A stretch of DNA of 64,000 nt, taken from positions 384,001-448,000 of the forward strand of contig CBDATS010000005.1 in assembly GCA_965200245.1 (NCBI GenBank), read 5' to 3'. This DNA comes from a bacterium (GTDB taxonomy: Bacteria; UBA8248). Within the stretch, counting starts at the first letter, position 1, and every line of letters starts with the position of its first letter. Shown one piece after another: positions 50,595-60,421 of this stretch. The translations under genes and the position numbers were made by a program. Below the pieces are notes generated by a model. The model searched no databases. It was not told the DNA's origin and was given only the letters and a program-made list of their open reading frames with translations.

Positions 50595-51653
50595 GTGAAA
50601 ACGACAGGAGTAGCCGTCATTGGCGCAGGCGGTATCGGAACGCTTAGGGCGCATGCATGCGCGCAGATTCCCCAGGTGGACTACCTCGCCGTGTGCGACA
50701 TCGTGCCCGAGAAGCTGGACCGCCTTGCTGAGTCGGTGCGTGCCGACGTGGCCACGGAAAAATATGAGGTGGCGATACGGGACGAGCGCGTGGGTGCCGT
50801 CATCGTCTCATCGGACGAGGAATACCACCACGGACCCGCCGCTCTGGCGACCGAACTCGGAAAGCCCGTGCTCATCGAAAAGCCCTTCGTCCTCGACCTC
50901 GACGAGGCGGACGACATTATCGCCAAGGCCGACAAGTCGGGGGCCGAGATTTTCGTGGGCTACACCCAGCGTTACAGAAGGCGCTTTCTGCTCGCCAAGC
51001 AGGCGGCCTTCGCCGGGCAACTTGGCGACATCGTGATGGCACTTGGCAAAATTTACGTCACGCGCGCCGTGGGCGAGGCCGTGGCGAAACGTTCGCCCAA
51101 CACTACGCCCTCCATCAACACCCTCACCTACATGGTCGACCTCATCCTCTGGTATATGGAGGGAAAAAAGCCTGTCGAGGTCTACGCCCGCTCGGCAAGC
51201 TTCGTGTTCAAGAAATACAATCGCGACGATTTCCAGTGGATGATCGTCTCCTTCGACGACGGGAGCGTGGCCACCCTGGGCACGAGTTGGCTCCCGCCTC
51301 ATCACTGGCCCGCCTATACGGCAACAATGGAGATCGACTTGCAAGGCACCAAAGGGTCCCTGAACGTGGACGATGCTCACCGAGACGTCATTCTCGCGCC
51401 CGAGGAAGCGATCCCCTGCCCCTACACGCCCGAGCACCAGGTAAACGTCGCCTTCCTGGGCTCCGCCATGCCGGGGGATTTCGTGATGGGTGAGTTTTTC
51501 GGTCCCATGAAGGAAGAAACCGACGCCTTCGTTCGTCACATTCTGGGAATCGGCGGGGTGGGACTTGCTACTGGCGCGCATGCGAGAGAGGTGCTCGCCC
51601 TCACCATGGCGGCGGACCGATCCTGCAAGGAGGGTAAACCCGTCGCGCTTTAG
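50595..51653 (+). CDS. Gfo/Idh/MocA family oxidoreductase
   Basis: GAGGIG, IEKP, VGYTQRY; RBS GAGGAG before GTG 50595. Confidence 0.9.
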   Translation: MKTTGVAVIGAGGIGTLRAHACAQIPQVDYLAVCDIVPEKLDRLAESVRADVATEKYEVAIRDERVGAVIVSSDEEYHHGPAALATELGKPVLIEKPFVLDLDEADDIIAKADKSGAEIFVGYTQRYRRRFLLAKQAAFAGQLGDIVMALGKIYVTRAVGEAVAKRSPNTTPSINTLTYMVDLILWYMEGKKPVEVYARSASFVFKKYNRDDFQWMIVSFDDGSVATLGTSWLPPHHWPAYTATMEIDLQGTKGSLNVDDAHRDVILAPEEAIPCPYTPEHQVNVAFLGSAMPGDFVMGEFFGPMKEETDAFVRHILGIGGVGLATGAHAREVLALTMAADRSCKEGKPVAL

Positions 51654-51668
51654 TATCTGCACGGATAA

Positions 51669-51688
51669 CGCCTGGATGTATCCGGGCG
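51669..51688. terminator. Hairpin between convergent genes
   Basis: CGCCTGGAT-GT-ATCCGGGCG. Confidence 0.45.
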
Positions 51689-51710
51689 GGCAGGATGTAC
51701 TGGATTCTTG

Positions 51711-53204
51711 TCAGCGCGGCATGAGGCTTCTGATCTGCGCCTCGAGCGGTTCCGTGGCGAGACGCTGGCAGCCCAAGTGGCGGGAGAGCGAATCGCCGTC
51801 GTGGCGCTGCCCGTCGCGCCAGATGTCCATCAGGAATCTGCCACTGCCTTGATTGGCCCACCACCTCTTGCCGAACTTCGTTTTCAGGACTTCGGATATC
51901 TGGGCCTGAAGCATCCACGCCCGAAGATAATTCGCGCAGTAGAAAAACGGGTCCACATCGTCGAGATAGGAGACTCGCGGGTATTCCACACATGTCGCCT
52001 CGCTAAGTTTCTCCCGGTAGGTGGCATCCTTGCCCCCGAGTTCCGCACCTTGGTGAAGCGTGAGTTCATAGTCGATTTTCGCCGCATAGCGCCTGAGCAT
52101 ATAGAGTTCGAAAAGCGCATGGTGCGCCAGAAACGCCTCGTAGTCCAACGCCTGCCCGCCCAGGGCATCCTCAAGCCAGAGCGGATCGAGCAGCAAGTGA
52201 TCGAAGAGCATGGCGAAACCCTCCGTTACGGAGTTGTCCCCCAGGCGCCTCCACTCGAAGGGTGCGTCCACTGCCACATTGGCAAAATGTAACGCATGGC
52301 CAAGTTCGTGCCAGAACGCGCTGTAATCGTCATAGCCGCCACGGGGTCTGATCACGAGATAGACTTCTTCGGGAACTCTCAAGGAAGCGCAAAACGCCCG
52401 GGGACTCTTCAAGGGACGGTCCCCGATGTCGAGGCGCACCCTGCCCCCCACCTGGAGATCGAGACCCATCGAGACGCAAATCTCCCGCGCCGAGGATTCA
52501 ATCTTCTCCACCGGGAAGAGGGTGTCGAATCCAGCACCCCGGGAACAATACTGCGCATCGTGGCGCTGTGCGGAGGAAGGCGGAACACCCGCTTTGCTCA
52601 TTGCCTCCTCCATCGCTTCGGCATACAGCACTTCAGTGCGTTTGAGAAATTGCGCCATCTCGTCTCGAACGGGCTCAAGCGGGTAACGCTTCACCGCCGC
52701 CATCATCCCCAGATAACTCCCGAATCCCAGTTCATCGGCCATTTCGTGCGTGGTGCGGTGAATTCTTTCCAGAAATTCGTTCTTCTCCGCCAGGACTTCT
52801 GAACGTGCATTTTCCAGAAAAATCCGTTTCTCCCGATCCGGTTCGTTCAGGAGAACGACAGCGCTTTGCCGATATGGGATGGATTCGCCCTCAGCAGTCT
52901 CTACCATCGTCCTGGTTTCGAACAAAAGCGCCTGCTCACTCGACTCTCTTGTCGCATTCCGAATATGTGCCAGTGTCAGGAAACCGTGCAGTTCGGACAA
53001 ACGCGAATGTTCGACCGGATCATCGGCCGAACCACAGAGGGAGGAGAGCACCTCGATGTTCTCAAGAGTAAAAAGATCGGCATATTCGGCGAAAATCTCG
53101 CTCAGGCGCACGTCTGCCTTGAGACCCGCGCCGATCTCGTACCATTCTTTTCTCGATTCGGCGAAGAATGCTTCGGCGCGGGTACGGATATCTGTCAAAC
53201 GCAT
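51711..53204 (-). CDS. M3-like zinc metallopeptidase
   Basis: KSPRAFC, HELGHALH, downstream EGFA. Confidence 0.8.
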   Translation of the reverse strand: MRLTDIRTRAEAFFAESRKEWYEIGAGLKADVRLSEIFAEYADLFTLENIEVLSSLCGSADDPVEHSRLSELHGFLTLAHIRNATRESSEQALLFETRTMVETAEGESIPYRQSAVVLLNEPDREKRIFLENARSEVLAEKNEFLERIHRTTHEMADELGFGSYLGMMAAVKRYPLEPVRDEMAQFLKRTEVLYAEAMEEAMSKAGVPPSSAQRHDAQYCSRGAGFDTLFPVEKIESSAREICVSMGLDLQVGGRVRLDIGDRPLKSPRAFCASLRVPEEVYLVIRPRGGYDDYSAFWHELGHALHFANVAVDAPFEWRRLGDNSVTEGFAMLFDHLLLDPLWLEDALGGQALDYEAFLAHHALFELYMLRRYAAKIDYELTLHQGAELGGKDATYREKLSEATCVEYPRVSYLDDVDPFFYCANYLRAWMLQAQISEVLKTKFGKRWWANQGSGRFLMDIWRDGQRHDGDSLSRHLGCQRLATEPLEAQIRSLMPR

Positions 53205-53209
53205 GGGAA

Positions 53210-54463
53210 CTATATAGCCGGCCGGGTGAACCCGCGCGGCAAGACGACGATGCCCGATGGATCGACAACGGCGCCGGAATAGGCATCAGCGTTTCCATCC
53301 ACCACAGAAGCCCCCGCTTCGATCCGGTTGAATCTGTCTACAATCGCTTTCTCGATCTTCGCGCCAGCTCCGATGAGAGTGTGGTCCATGACAATCGAAT
53401 CTATGATCTCCGCCCCCTTTTCGATCATTACTCCGCGGCCGATGACGGAGCGATCGATGCGCGCACCTGCAATCTGACATCCTTCCCCGATGAGGGCGTT
53501 TTCTACCTGTGTGGATACGACGCGGCTGCCCGGGCCTGGATAGGGGCTGGTGTGAATCGGCCATTCGAGGTTACTCAAATCGAGAAGCGGCGCTTCTCCC
53601 AGCAGGTCCATCTGTGTCTCCCAGTAGGTCTTGATGGTGCCCACGTCGCGCCAGTAACCCTTCTTCTCGCTCGCCTTCATTCCGGGGATTTCATTCTGCA
53701 GAAAATCATAGGCGTAGAGTTTCTTGCGCTCACCCAGAAGAGCGGGGATGACGGTGCGCCCGAAGTCGTGCTCCCCCTCGCGCGCTGCGTCGCTGATGAG
53801 GGCATCCATCAGCACCTGGGCGGAAAACACATAGTTTCCCATGGAGCACAACGCGCGCGAAGGATCGCCCGGCATGGGCCGGGGGTCGGGATGCTTCTCG
53901 TCGAAACGCTCCACGCGTCCCGCTTCATTCACAGCCAGCACACCGAATTCCCGAGCGTCTTCGATGGGTACGGGCAGTGCCGATATGGTCGCGTCTGCCC
54001 CGCGTTCGAGATGGAAGCGAACCATCTGGCTCACGTCCATGCGGTAGATGTGGTCGGCCCCGAACACCAGCACGATGTCGGGCGCATTGTCGGTTACCAG
54101 GTTTCTGTTCTGGTGGATGGAATCGGCCGTTCCCTTGAACCAGAACTCCCCAACACGCTGCTGCGGTGGCACAGCCGTCACAAAATCCTTGCCCAGAGTC
54201 CTGCTGATGTTCCACGAACGCCTGAGATGTTCGATCAGCGACTGCGCCAGGTACTGCACCAGCACGTAGATGGAGCGATAGCCCGAGTTCACCAGATTGC
54301 TCAGCACGAAGTCGATAATGCGGTATTTCGAGCCGAACGGCACGGCAGGCTTGCCACGTGCGACAGTGAGGGGACGAAGCCTGCTTCCGGCACCGCCCGC
54401 CATGACGAAGGCTATGATTCGGGGATCACGCGAATCCAAGATATACTCCTTCGCTCGGCCCAT
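53210..54463 (-). CDS. glgC: Glucose-1-phosphate adenylyltransferase
   Basis: AGGAGSRL.PLT..KPAVPFG..YRIIDF, GTAD, DHIY.MD, EK, SMGNY, YWRDVGT. Confidence 0.95.
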   Translation of the reverse strand: MGRAKEYILDSRDPRIIAFVMAGGAGSRLRPLTVARGKPAVPFGSKYRIIDFVLSNLVNSGYRSIYVLVQYLAQSLIEHLRRSWNISRTLGKDFVTAVPPQQRVGEFWFKGTADSIHQNRNLVTDNAPDIVLVFGADHIYRMDVSQMVRFHLERGADATISALPVPIEDAREFGVLAVNEAGRVERFDEKHPDPRPMPGDPSRALCSMGNYVFSAQVLMDALISDAAREGEHDFGRTVIPALLGERKKLYAYDFLQNEIPGMKASEKKGYWRDVGTIKTYWETQMDLLGEAPLLDLSNLEWPIHTSPYPGPGSRVVSTQVENALIGEGCQIAGARIDRSVIGRGVMIEKGAEIIDSIVMDHTLIGAGAKIEKAIVDRFNRIEAGASVVDGNADAYSGAVVDPSGIVVLPRGFTRPAI

Positions 54464-54464
54464 C

Positions 54465-55919
54465 TCAACGCGTCTGCGTGTACATCGCCTTTTCGTACAA
54501 ATCGACGTAGCGCGGAACAACACCGTCCCAACCGGAATCCTTCTCCATCGCGTTGCGCATCATCATACGCCAAAACCCGCGATCCAGAAATGCCCTGCGA
54601 ATCCTCTCCATCCCGGCAAGGAAATCGGCCGGGGTGAAGGCGTCGAAATGAAAACCTGTATCCGTGCGCGCCTCAGGCACGGGTGATGAGGAAACCGAAT
54701 CTGCAAGCCCTCCAACTCGCCTCACGTAAGGTAGCGTCCCGTAGCGCATGGCGTATAGCTGGTTCAGGCCTGAAGGTTCATGGCGCGAAGGCATGAGCAG
54801 CACGTCGCCGCCCGCATACATGCGGTGGGAGAGCACCTCATCGTAAACGGGCGCGAACGCCAACCGACCCCGGTAGACCGATGCGGCCCTGGCCAAAGCG
54901 CTCTCAAGCGCCTTCTCCCCGGTTCCGAGAACGGCCAGGCTGACGCCTGAATCCATCAATTGGTCCATCGTCTCAAGAATGAGGTCGATGCCCTTCTGGT
55001 GTGCCAGCCGCGAGACGACAACACACAAAGGCCCCTCGGAGTCCAGGCCCAACTCCGCTTGAAGCGCTGCCTTGCATTTCGCCTTGCCCTCGGGATGCGT
55101 ACTCGAGAAACAGGCCGTAATGTACGGATCGATTTCGGGGTTCCAGACAGCGTCGTCAATGCCGTTCATGATCCCGAACAAAGCATCCTTTCTGAGAACG
55201 ACCACGCCCTCGAGCCCTTCTCCCTGCTCTTCCGTTTGCATCTCCTGCGCATAGCGGTCACTCACGGTGGAGATGACGTCGCCGCACAGGATACCGCCCT
55301 TCATAAAATTCACGTCACCGTAAAATTCGAGACCCTCGATATCCATCGCCTCATCAGGAAGAGATGTGTGCGCGAAATCATTCGGGTGGAAACGGCCTTG
55401 ATAGGCGAGATTATGGATGGTGAAAACGGTGGAAACCCCGCGCCATTTTTCATCGTCCCCGTGGCAGTATTTTAGCAAGGGCGGTATCAAGGCACTTTGC
55501 CAGTCATGGCAGTGGATGATGAAGGGATATTCCCTCTCCCCCTCCATATGAGAGAGCACGCCCTTGGCAAAACGTGCAAAACGCTCCGCATTGTCGGGAA
55601 AAACCCCGCGCTCGTCTCCGTAGAATCCGTCCCGATCAAACAAATCCTCGGCGGCGATGAGTCGGACGGAAACACCCTCATGTTCAAGCGAGTACACTTC
55701 GTTGCGCACGCCTGTGAATGCGTCCTCGACCCGTGTGGGAGAGCCTGCCTGATGATCCCTGAGAACAGATCGGTACGCGGGCAGGTAAACACACACTTTG
55801 TGGCCCATCCGCACGAGCGCCAAAGGCAGCGCACCGATGACGTCGCCCAGCCCGCCAGATTTGGCGAAGGGGAACATCTCACTCGCCACCATGGTAATTT
55901 CCATCGATCTCTCCGCCAT
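54465..55919 (-). CDS. glgA: Glycogen synthase
   Basis: KSGGLGDV, HCHDWQ, TIHNLAYQG, SRLAHQKG, PSRHEP.GL.Q. Confidence 0.95.
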   Translation of the reverse strand: MAERSMEITMVASEMFPFAKSGGLGDVIGALPLALVRMGHKVCVYLPAYRSVLRDHQAGSPTRVEDAFTGVRNEVYSLEHEGVSVRLIAAEDLFDRDGFYGDERGVFPDNAERFARFAKGVLSHMEGEREYPFIIHCHDWQSALIPPLLKYCHGDDEKWRGVSTVFTIHNLAYQGRFHPNDFAHTSLPDEAMDIEGLEFYGDVNFMKGGILCGDVISTVSDRYAQEMQTEEQGEGLEGVVVLRKDALFGIMNGIDDAVWNPEIDPYITACFSSTHPEGKAKCKAALQAELGLDSEGPLCVVVSRLAHQKGIDLILETMDQLMDSGVSLAVLGTGEKALESALARAASVYRGRLAFAPVYDEVLSHRMYAGGDVLLMPSRHEPSGLNQLYAMRYGTLPYVRRVGGLADSVSSSPVPEARTDTGFHFDAFTPADFLAGMERIRRAFLDRGFWRMMMRNAMEKDSGWDGVVPRYVDLYEKAMYTQTR

Positions 55920-56058
55920 TTCACTAATTCCCCGTTTCAACGATTCGCCGTCCTGCGGCACATGCGACCGCGAGTCGAAATAACTGCACTCTATACACGA
56001 ATCGTACCCTGTATGTTACAATTAAATGAAGGATTCATGAAAAAAGAATGGAGGCTGC

Positions 56059-56466
56059 ATGCGGTATCTGGTACGCGGAAAGGTCATCGAGGGCAAGGGC
56101 GCCGCTCTTCTCGAAGCCATCGAATTGGGCGAACTCGGGCGCGGATCCATCGCGCACCAGACGTTCTTGAAGTGTATGAAAGAGGCGCGGCTCACCGAGC
56201 AGGGCCAGGTTCGCTGGCTTGAGGTCTGCTACTGTCGCGAGGCGTTCGGTCCGGGTTACGAGTTGTATGAGGAACTGCCCTACTGGGAGGCGTATTTCGA
56301 GGAGATCGACGTGCGCTTCGCACGCAAACCGGAAGACTGCGAAGGTTATCCTGTCTGTGGCAATTGCGACTGCACGGAAAAGCTCGAGGCGAAACTCGAC
56401 AAACTGGGCGTTCCCTTCTTCAGTCATCTGAAAGAAACCGTATCTTCCTCTTCATCCTCATCCTGA
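56059..56466 (+). CDS. Hypothetical Cys-rich protein
   Basis: GGAGG RBS; EVCYC..PYWE.YF..C..VCGNCDCT. Confidence 0.7.
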   Translation: MRYLVRGKVIEGKGAALLEAIELGELGRGSIAHQTFLKCMKEARLTEQGQVRWLEVCYCREAFGPGYELYEELPYWEAYFEEIDVRFARKPEDCEGYPVCGNCDCTEKLEAKLDKLGVPFFSHLKETVSSSSSSS

Positions 56467-57444
56467 ATCGGCCCAGCGCGCCTTGCCCTGTTCTTTGGTG
56501 AGTTTCCACCTGTCGTGAACCCATAGATACTGCTCAGGTCCTTGCCGGATGAAGTTTTCCGTCTCTGCGTTCACCGCCTTGGTAAGCCTCTCGATTTCAC
56601 TCCTGGTGCTTTGCGCGTACATATCAGGCGCTATCGGATCGCTCAGCAATATTTCGTAGCGGCGTCCGTCGCCCTTTCTCAAGCACGAGATCAGGACAAT
56701 GGGCCGATCATACAATACAGCAAGTGCCGCAGGTGCGGGTGTCGTTCTGGCCAGCTTGCCGAAAAAGGGAGTGTCTATCCCCTCGCCGCCCGCATTCTGA
56801 TCCGCGAGAATCGCCACAGAACGTCCCTTTCGCAATGCCTCGCGCAGATGGAAAAAGGCATTTTTCCTGGAAAGAATCTCCTGACCCGAGGACGCACGCA
56901 TTTCATACAGCGAGGCCTCAAGTTTCCGGTTGTCCAGGGGACGAACGGGAATGGTGAGCGGAATCCCCGCCAGTGCGCCGGCATGGGCGAGGCACTCCCA
57001 GTTCCCCAGGTGTGGCACGACGAACACGCAGCCGCCCGCGTCTTCGTGAATCGCACGCACTTTTTCGAACATCTCCTCCGCCCCGTCCACAATCTCGCAC
57101 ACCATCTTCTTCGCCCGCAGGGGATCGAAGGTGGTGAGAAACTTCGCTGCCTCCAGGCAAGTGAGGACGAACGAGCGACAACTGCGCCTCGCCAGAACCA
57201 GGCGCTGCGCCTCGTTGAGTCCGGGAAACGCGATACGCAGATTCGCGCGCGCAATGCGTCTTCTCCTTGGAGCGAAACGGAAAAGCCCCTCCCCTGCCAG
57301 GACAGCGACCACGCGGCAGACACCATAGGGTAGTATACGGATCAATTTGAGAAGCGAAACGAGCAGTGCGCATTCCACCCACTGGTGCAACGCGCCCTTG
57401 TCCTTGCTGCGCTTTCTGGCGGGGTGGGGCGCGGACTTGCTCAC
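56458..57444 (-). CDS. Lipid A/lysophospholipid acyltransferase (LpxL/HtrB family)
   Basis: HLGNWE, LADQ, FFG, PEQYLWVHDRWK; overlaps the upstream KS-like stop (GTGA). Confidence 0.9.
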   Translation of the reverse strand: MSKSAPHPARKRSKDKGALHQWVECALLVSLLKLIRILPYGVCRVVAVLAGEGLFRFAPRRRRIARANLRIAFPGLNEAQRLVLARRSCRSFVLTCLEAAKFLTTFDPLRAKKMVCEIVDGAEEMFEKVRAIHEDAGGCVFVVPHLGNWECLAHAGALAGIPLTIPVRPLDNRKLEASLYEMRASSGQEILSRKNAFFHLREALRKGRSVAILADQNAGGEGIDTPFFGKLARTTPAPAALAVLYDRPIVLISCLRKGDGRRYEILLSDPIAPDMYAQSTRSEIERLTKAVNAETENFIRQGPEQYLWVHDRWKLTKEQGKARWADSG

Positions 57445-58739
57445 GGCGCGGCGGTGATGACCGCGGAGGATTGCCCGCCGATACCGTGGCTCAAGGACAA
57501 GAACGCACCCCCCGTAACAGCACATTCTTCGGTGGGGATATGGAGAGCCTCGAACGCATCTTCTTTCAGTCCAAGACCCGGCGTGGGCGGAAGGCGGCCT
57601 TCCTTGAGAGCGTATAGTCCCAGAACAATCTCAGCCAAATCGCTGGCCGATCCCATGTGTCCCGTATAGGGCTTCCAGCCTGCGAGCGGTATCGCGTCTT
57701 TCGCATCTGCGCAACAGTCCAGTAAGGCGGAGAGTTCGCCTGCGTCACCCTTCGGCGTCGCGCTCCCGTGAGGGAGGATAAAGGCCAGATCATCGCTCGT
57801 GAGGCCCGCCTCGACCAATACGGATTTCACCGCATGGCGCACCGCGCTTGCAGGCACGGGAATATAGCGATCCGAAGAGAATTCCTGGCAGTTCGCCGTC
57901 CCCATGACGCGCCCCAGGGGCTTCGCCCCCCGCGCCCGGGCGGATTCTGCACTCTCGAGCAACAGGGCAGCGGCACCCTCTCCAAGCAAGAATCCATCGC
58001 GCCGCCTGTCGAAGGGCCGGAACGACGCCGCGCTCTCTTTCGCCTTCGAGAGAATGCCCAAGCCGTCGAGTTCCAGAAGCATTATGGGGTGCGCCCAGCT
58101 TCCACAGCCCACGACAAGACCGACATCGGCTTCGCCGAAGCGCAGCACGCGTTCGCAGTTCTCAAGCGCCTGTGCACCGCATGAGGAAAGGCTCGAGAAA
58201 CTGCCGTTCGGCCCCATAAACTCGTAAATAGCCGACAAATAGCTGAAAAGGTTGTTGGGCAAACCTTCCAGCAGAAAAAAGGGGCTCACACTGTGGAGCG
58301 ACGCCTCGTTCAGGGAGGCAGGTTCAGGCGCTTCCCACGAAGCGCCTGCCGTCTGTTTAAGCGCCGCGTAGAAATCGATGTAGCCCATTCTTGTGAAATC
58401 GCCCGAGCCCACGTAGAGGGATTTCCTGTCGGGAGCCACCTCTCCCATGTCGAGACCCGCGCAGGCCACAGCCTCGGCGGCGGCGTACAGTCCCAAGATG
58501 GAACTCCTGTTCAGGAATTTGCGCTGACTGGCGAGTTTGGGCGTTACCTCGGGCGGGTCTTGATGACCGGGAACGGTGCCGTGGTAAGCGAAATTAGGCG
58601 GAAGGGACGCATTCTCCTCGCCCTGATGGCAGGCAACCCCGCATTTGCCGGCGCGAAGCGATTCCCAGTTTTCCGGGACATTCTCGCCAACAGAGGTCAG
58701 CAACCCCACGCCCGTAATCCACAACTCCTTGCCTCGCAT
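57441..58739 (-). CDS. Beta-ketoacyl synthase-like protein (CLF-like; Ser at the catalytic Cys position)
   Basis: RPFD.RRDGF.LGEGA, HGSAT, GHM; SSLSSCGAQA in place of TACxSG. Confidence 0.85.
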   Translation of the reverse strand: MRGKELWITGVGLLTSVGENVPENWESLRAGKCGVACHQGEENASLPPNFAYHGTVPGHQDPPEVTPKLASQRKFLNRSSILGLYAAAEAVACAGLDMGEVAPDRKSLYVGSGDFTRMGYIDFYAALKQTAGASWEAPEPASLNEASLHSVSPFFLLEGLPNNLFSYLSAIYEFMGPNGSFSSLSSCGAQALENCERVLRFGEADVGLVVGCGSWAHPIMLLELDGLGILSKAKESAASFRPFDRRRDGFLLGEGAAALLLESAESARARGAKPLGRVMGTANCQEFSSDRYIPVPASAVRHAVKSVLVEAGLTSDDLAFILPHGSATPKGDAGELSALLDCCADAKDAIPLAGWKPYTGHMGSASDLAEIVLGLYALKEGRLPPTPGLGLKEDAFEALHIPTEECAVTGGAFLSLSHGIGGQSSAVITAAP

Positions 58740-58751
58740 CGCTCATCCCGC

Positions 58752-59204
58752 CTAGCTCAACCGGATCTCGCGCCCCAGAACACGAAAATGATGGCGCTGC
58801 TCCTCGGGGTCTTCATAGTCCGCGAGCGGCACTGTCCTGCCGCCAAAATCGGCGACCACCCGGCGCTCTCCCTCCACTGTGGCCACGCCCCTGAAGCTTC
58901 TCAGTTCTGTTTCCTCGCCCTGTGCCTCCACGTTCAGGAGGACCTGATCCCCCGGAAAGGCAAACCCATAGTACCTGACGCTCCGAACCTTTTCCAAAAG
59001 TATCCACCGCGTGAAATCCGAACTCGCCGCTTCCAGCCAGCCTGCAAGCTGCACCAGTGCCTCGACAATCAGCGCGCCCGGCATGACGGGAAACCGGGGG
59101 AAGTGGTACTCCAGAAAATCTTCGCTCATCGTGATGTTCTTCACCCCCTGGATGGAAACTCCCCCTTCCCACTCCGTCACTCTGTCCACGAGCATGTATC
59201 TCAA
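58752..59204 (-). CDS. FabZ-like 3-hydroxyacyl-ACP dehydratase
   Basis: LVDRV, HFPRFPVMPGALIVEALVQ. Confidence 0.9.
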   Translation of the reverse strand: MRYMLVDRVTEWEGGVSIQGVKNITMSEDFLEYHFPRFPVMPGALIVEALVQLAGWLEAASSDFTRWILLEKVRSVRYYGFAFPGDQVLLNVEAQGEETELRSFRGVATVEGERRVVADFGGRTVPLADYEDPEEQRHHFRVLGREIRLS

Positions 59205-59216
59205 ATCAAAGGCCTC

Positions 59217-59633
59217 CTAATCGTCCTCTGTCGGCGGACCTTTGCCCAACAGAATCACCTGGGCCATCGCCAACTCCAGCGTATGGCTCATCGAGATGGT
59301 AGATTGGGTGATCTTCCTTCGCACGCTCATGCGCTCCATTGAGCCACTCAGTTTGAGCGTAGGCTTGCCCGAAGCAGAAGATTCCACCTCGATTTCGCGC
59401 AGGCGGCCCCTGCCGCCCAACCCGCCCGGCTCGGAAATGCCAAGGCCGAACGCCTTGAGGCAGGCTTCTTTCGCCGCGAAGCGGGCAGCGAAATGAGGAT
59501 AGGGATTGCTGCGCCTCAAACAATACGTCCGTTCCGTTTCGGTGAACACGTCCTCGCCGAACGCCTCGTGACGCTCATAGGCTTCCTTCAGGCGCGCCAC
59601 TTCCACCAAATCCACCCCCTGGTACAGCCGCAT
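59217..59633 (-). CDS. acpS: Holo-ACP synthase (PPTase)
   Basis: GVDLVE, FAARFAAKEA..KA, GKP, SMSH. Confidence 0.92.
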   Translation of the reverse strand: MRLYQGVDLVEVARLKEAYERHEAFGEDVFTETERTYCLRRSNPYPHFAARFAAKEACLKAFGLGISEPGGLGGRGRLREIEVESSASGKPTLKLSGSMERMSVRRKITQSTISMSHTLELAMAQVILLGKGPPTEDD

Positions 59634-59650
59634 TTCAGAAATCTCCCGCT

Positions 59651-60403
59651 CTAGCCGGTGAGCAGACCGCCGTCCACGGCTATCGCCTGGCCGTTGATGT
59701 AGTTCGATTCCTCAGACGCCAGGAATACTACAAGTTTGGCTACGTCCTCGGGCTCGCCGAAGCGGCCCGCCGGTATGCGCTGGAGAATCGCGTCGCCGCC
59801 CTTCTCACGTACGCGCTCGCTCATGTCGGTGACGATCATGCCCGGCAAAATGGTGTTGAACTGGATGCCCCGTTTCCCCATCTCCGCAGCGCAGGCGCGC
59901 ATGAAGGCGATGATGCCCGCCTTGGCGGAAGCGTAGTTCGTCTGCCCGGCTCCACCCAGTACGCCTATGACGGAGGAGATACTGATTACCTTGCCGGAGC
60001 GTTTGCGAAGCATAATCTCACCTGCCGCCTTCGTACAGTGATATGCGCCGTCCAGACTCACGCCGAGCACCTTGCGCCAGCCAGTGGGCTTCATGGTGAG
60101 CAGCAAGGTGTCGTGAATCACACCCGCGTTGTTCACAAGGATGTCGATCGTGCCGAAATCAGCCTTCACCTGGTCGAACATGGCCGTCACATCCTCGAAA
60201 GACGAGACGTCGGCCAGGTATGTCCGCGCCTGGCCACCCGCGGCCTCAATTTCCGCCCACACCTCCTCAGCAGCCTCCGCCGAGCGACTGTAGTTGATCG
60301 CCACCGAAGCACCCGCCCTGGCCAATGCCATACAGCATGCGCGTCCGATGCCCCGTCCGCCCCCGGTCACCAGCGCGATTTTTCCACTCAAGTCGATTTT
60401 CAT
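59651..60403 (-). CDS. fabG: 3-oxoacyl-ACP reductase
   Basis: TGGGRGIG, NNAG, GQTNYASAK, VDGG. Confidence 0.92.
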   Translation of the reverse strand: MKIDLSGKIALVTGGGRGIGRACCMALARAGASVAINYSRSAEAAEEVWAEIEAAGGQARTYLADVSSFEDVTAMFDQVKADFGTIDILVNNAGVIHDTLLLTMKPTGWRKVLGVSLDGAYHCTKAAGEIMLRKRSGKVISISSVIGVLGGAGQTNYASAKAGIIAFMRACAAEMGKRGIQFNTILPGMIVTDMSERVREKGGDAILQRIPAGRFGEPEDVAKLVVFLASEESNYINGQAIAVDGGLLTG

Positions 60404-60421
60404 TCCAAATTACCCCTCATC

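Noticed and set aside
5974-58230. Other TAAATA hexamers (e.g. ~5974, ~8961, ~29085, ~58225) as late promoters
   Set aside because: Preceded by G or A rather than C, mostly inside or antisense to genes, and not followed by an RBS and start.
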